A stretch of DNA of 63,196 nucleotides, filler included, from Octopus bimaculoides (lineage: Eukaryota): assembly GCF_001194135.2 (NCBI RefSeq). It is 5 parts of 5 records of this genome, joined end to end, with 100 filler letters (N's around TTAATTAATTAA, not from the genome) between each part and the next. Parts side by side here need not be neighbours in the genome. Positions count along the whole stretch, not along the records: positions 62,102 to 63,196 come from NW_026439798.1; 4 more parts are not named here. One strand, given 5' to 3'. A model generated the notes under the pieces. That model searched no databases. It saw only the letters and a program-made list of their open reading frames with translations, and was not told where the DNA came from. A program made the translations under genes and the position numbers. Shown in pieces: positions 62,058 to 63,196 of this stretch (position 1 is its first letter; each line of letters begins with the position of its first letter).

Positions 62058-63196
62058 NNNNNNNNNNNNNNNNNNNNNNNNNNNNNNNNNNNNNNNNNNN
62101 NAAAAATAAAAAACAGATTAAGTCCTTAAAAGATTTTTTGAGACTGAAAGATTTGAACGTAGGTTGTGATATGCATACCCACCAATATTCTGTTTTTGAT
62201 GCCGCTGTACATTTTGGCTTATTTGAGGTTTCATTCTTTCTCTGTTTTCTTTTAATCTTAACGAAATAACAACTAATAACCATTAGAAAATAATTCTACG
62301 CAGAATGAGGTTATACAATACAACAAATGAGGATCTGTGTATTTGCTATAATTTGGCGCAAGATACCAAACTGCTAAATACTTCAAATACTTTGAATCAG
62401 CTGCCATTGGTACTAGCATTTCGAAAGATTTTATTGACCTCGCAAAGCGATCAATGCAATTTCTAAATTACATTTTACTTCTAAAATTATCGCATGAATT
62501 CAAAAATTAAACACCTTTTCCAATAGAAATAAAAAGAAAAACTAAATTAAATAGTGAGAAAAATGTCAGCTTAAAATTAAAATTGTTTCACGAAATACTT
62601 CATTTCAGCTTAGAATAGTTTTTCTCATGCAAAGAGCTTTAAGATTATCCTACTATTGCTTGGAATAAAGTGAATTCAACAGACAAGTATTTAAAGTTTG
62701 TATTGGCATTAAAAAAAGGAAAATAAAATTAGAATTCCTATTTCCTGGTTATAGTTTGCATGTTAGCAAGCTTTTCAAGAAATATTGCTTTAACCCTTAC
62801 TTCACGGCATCTATTCAGATATTGCCCTCTAACAAATATGATAATTGCATTTTGGGACAAATGGAATATTCAGGTATGTTCAATCCCAACACTTCACATG
62901 CATTTATTTTATGACTTCATCAGAATTTGAACGCAGATCGTAAAGGGACATAATGAAATACAATAAGGCATTTTGGTTCAACACTACTATTTTACCAGTT
63001 TTGCTAATCTACGGTAATTCGTCAATTAAAATACTGCAAAATCTTACGTAATTATAACAATAATATTAGAATTTTTGTCCACATAAAAAAAAAGAATAAC
63101 TGAAACGAGGAGAGAAAAAAAGAGTGTATAGGTGCGTATATGTGCATATTATCTATATATATAAAAATGAGAATGTGTGTCTGTCTGTCTGTGTGT

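Overview
Eukaryotic, AT-rich, repeat-dense genomic DNA with no prokaryotic features (no operons, rRNA or CRISPR). The microsatellite load and the recurring SINE families resemble an octopus (coleoid cephalopod) draft assembly; this is my recognition of the repeats, not a database result. The window contains many N gaps and four artificial N44-TTAATTAATTAA-N44 scaffold joins, so it is at least five independently assembled pieces. Most ORFs in the supplied track are microsatellite or N-run artefacts. The one confident host coding feature is a 66-nt phase-0 exon of POLR3A (RNA polymerase III largest subunit) at 50814-50879 (+). The rest is mobile DNA: a near-complete decayed Penelope-like element (RT + GIY-YIG, pseudo-LTR architecture, 55050-58180), an internally deleted Ty3/Gypsy element with a 3' LTR, a solo LTR with a 4-bp TSD, three L1/Tx1-like copies retaining ORF1, fragments of CR1-, RTE- and R4/Dong-like LINEs, mariner/Tigger/hAT-type MITEs, and many SINEs, one with a perfect 13-bp TSD. 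The most interesting signal is a set of four type I minimal hammerhead-ribozyme motifs with palindromic stem III: a near-canonical one inside a 347-bp tandem unit with a 57-bp inverted arm (a retrozyme-like or non-autonomous Penelope candidate, 2786-3338), one in the 5' region of the Penelope element, and two degenerate copies. All motif calls and translations were done by eye and need computational confirmation.
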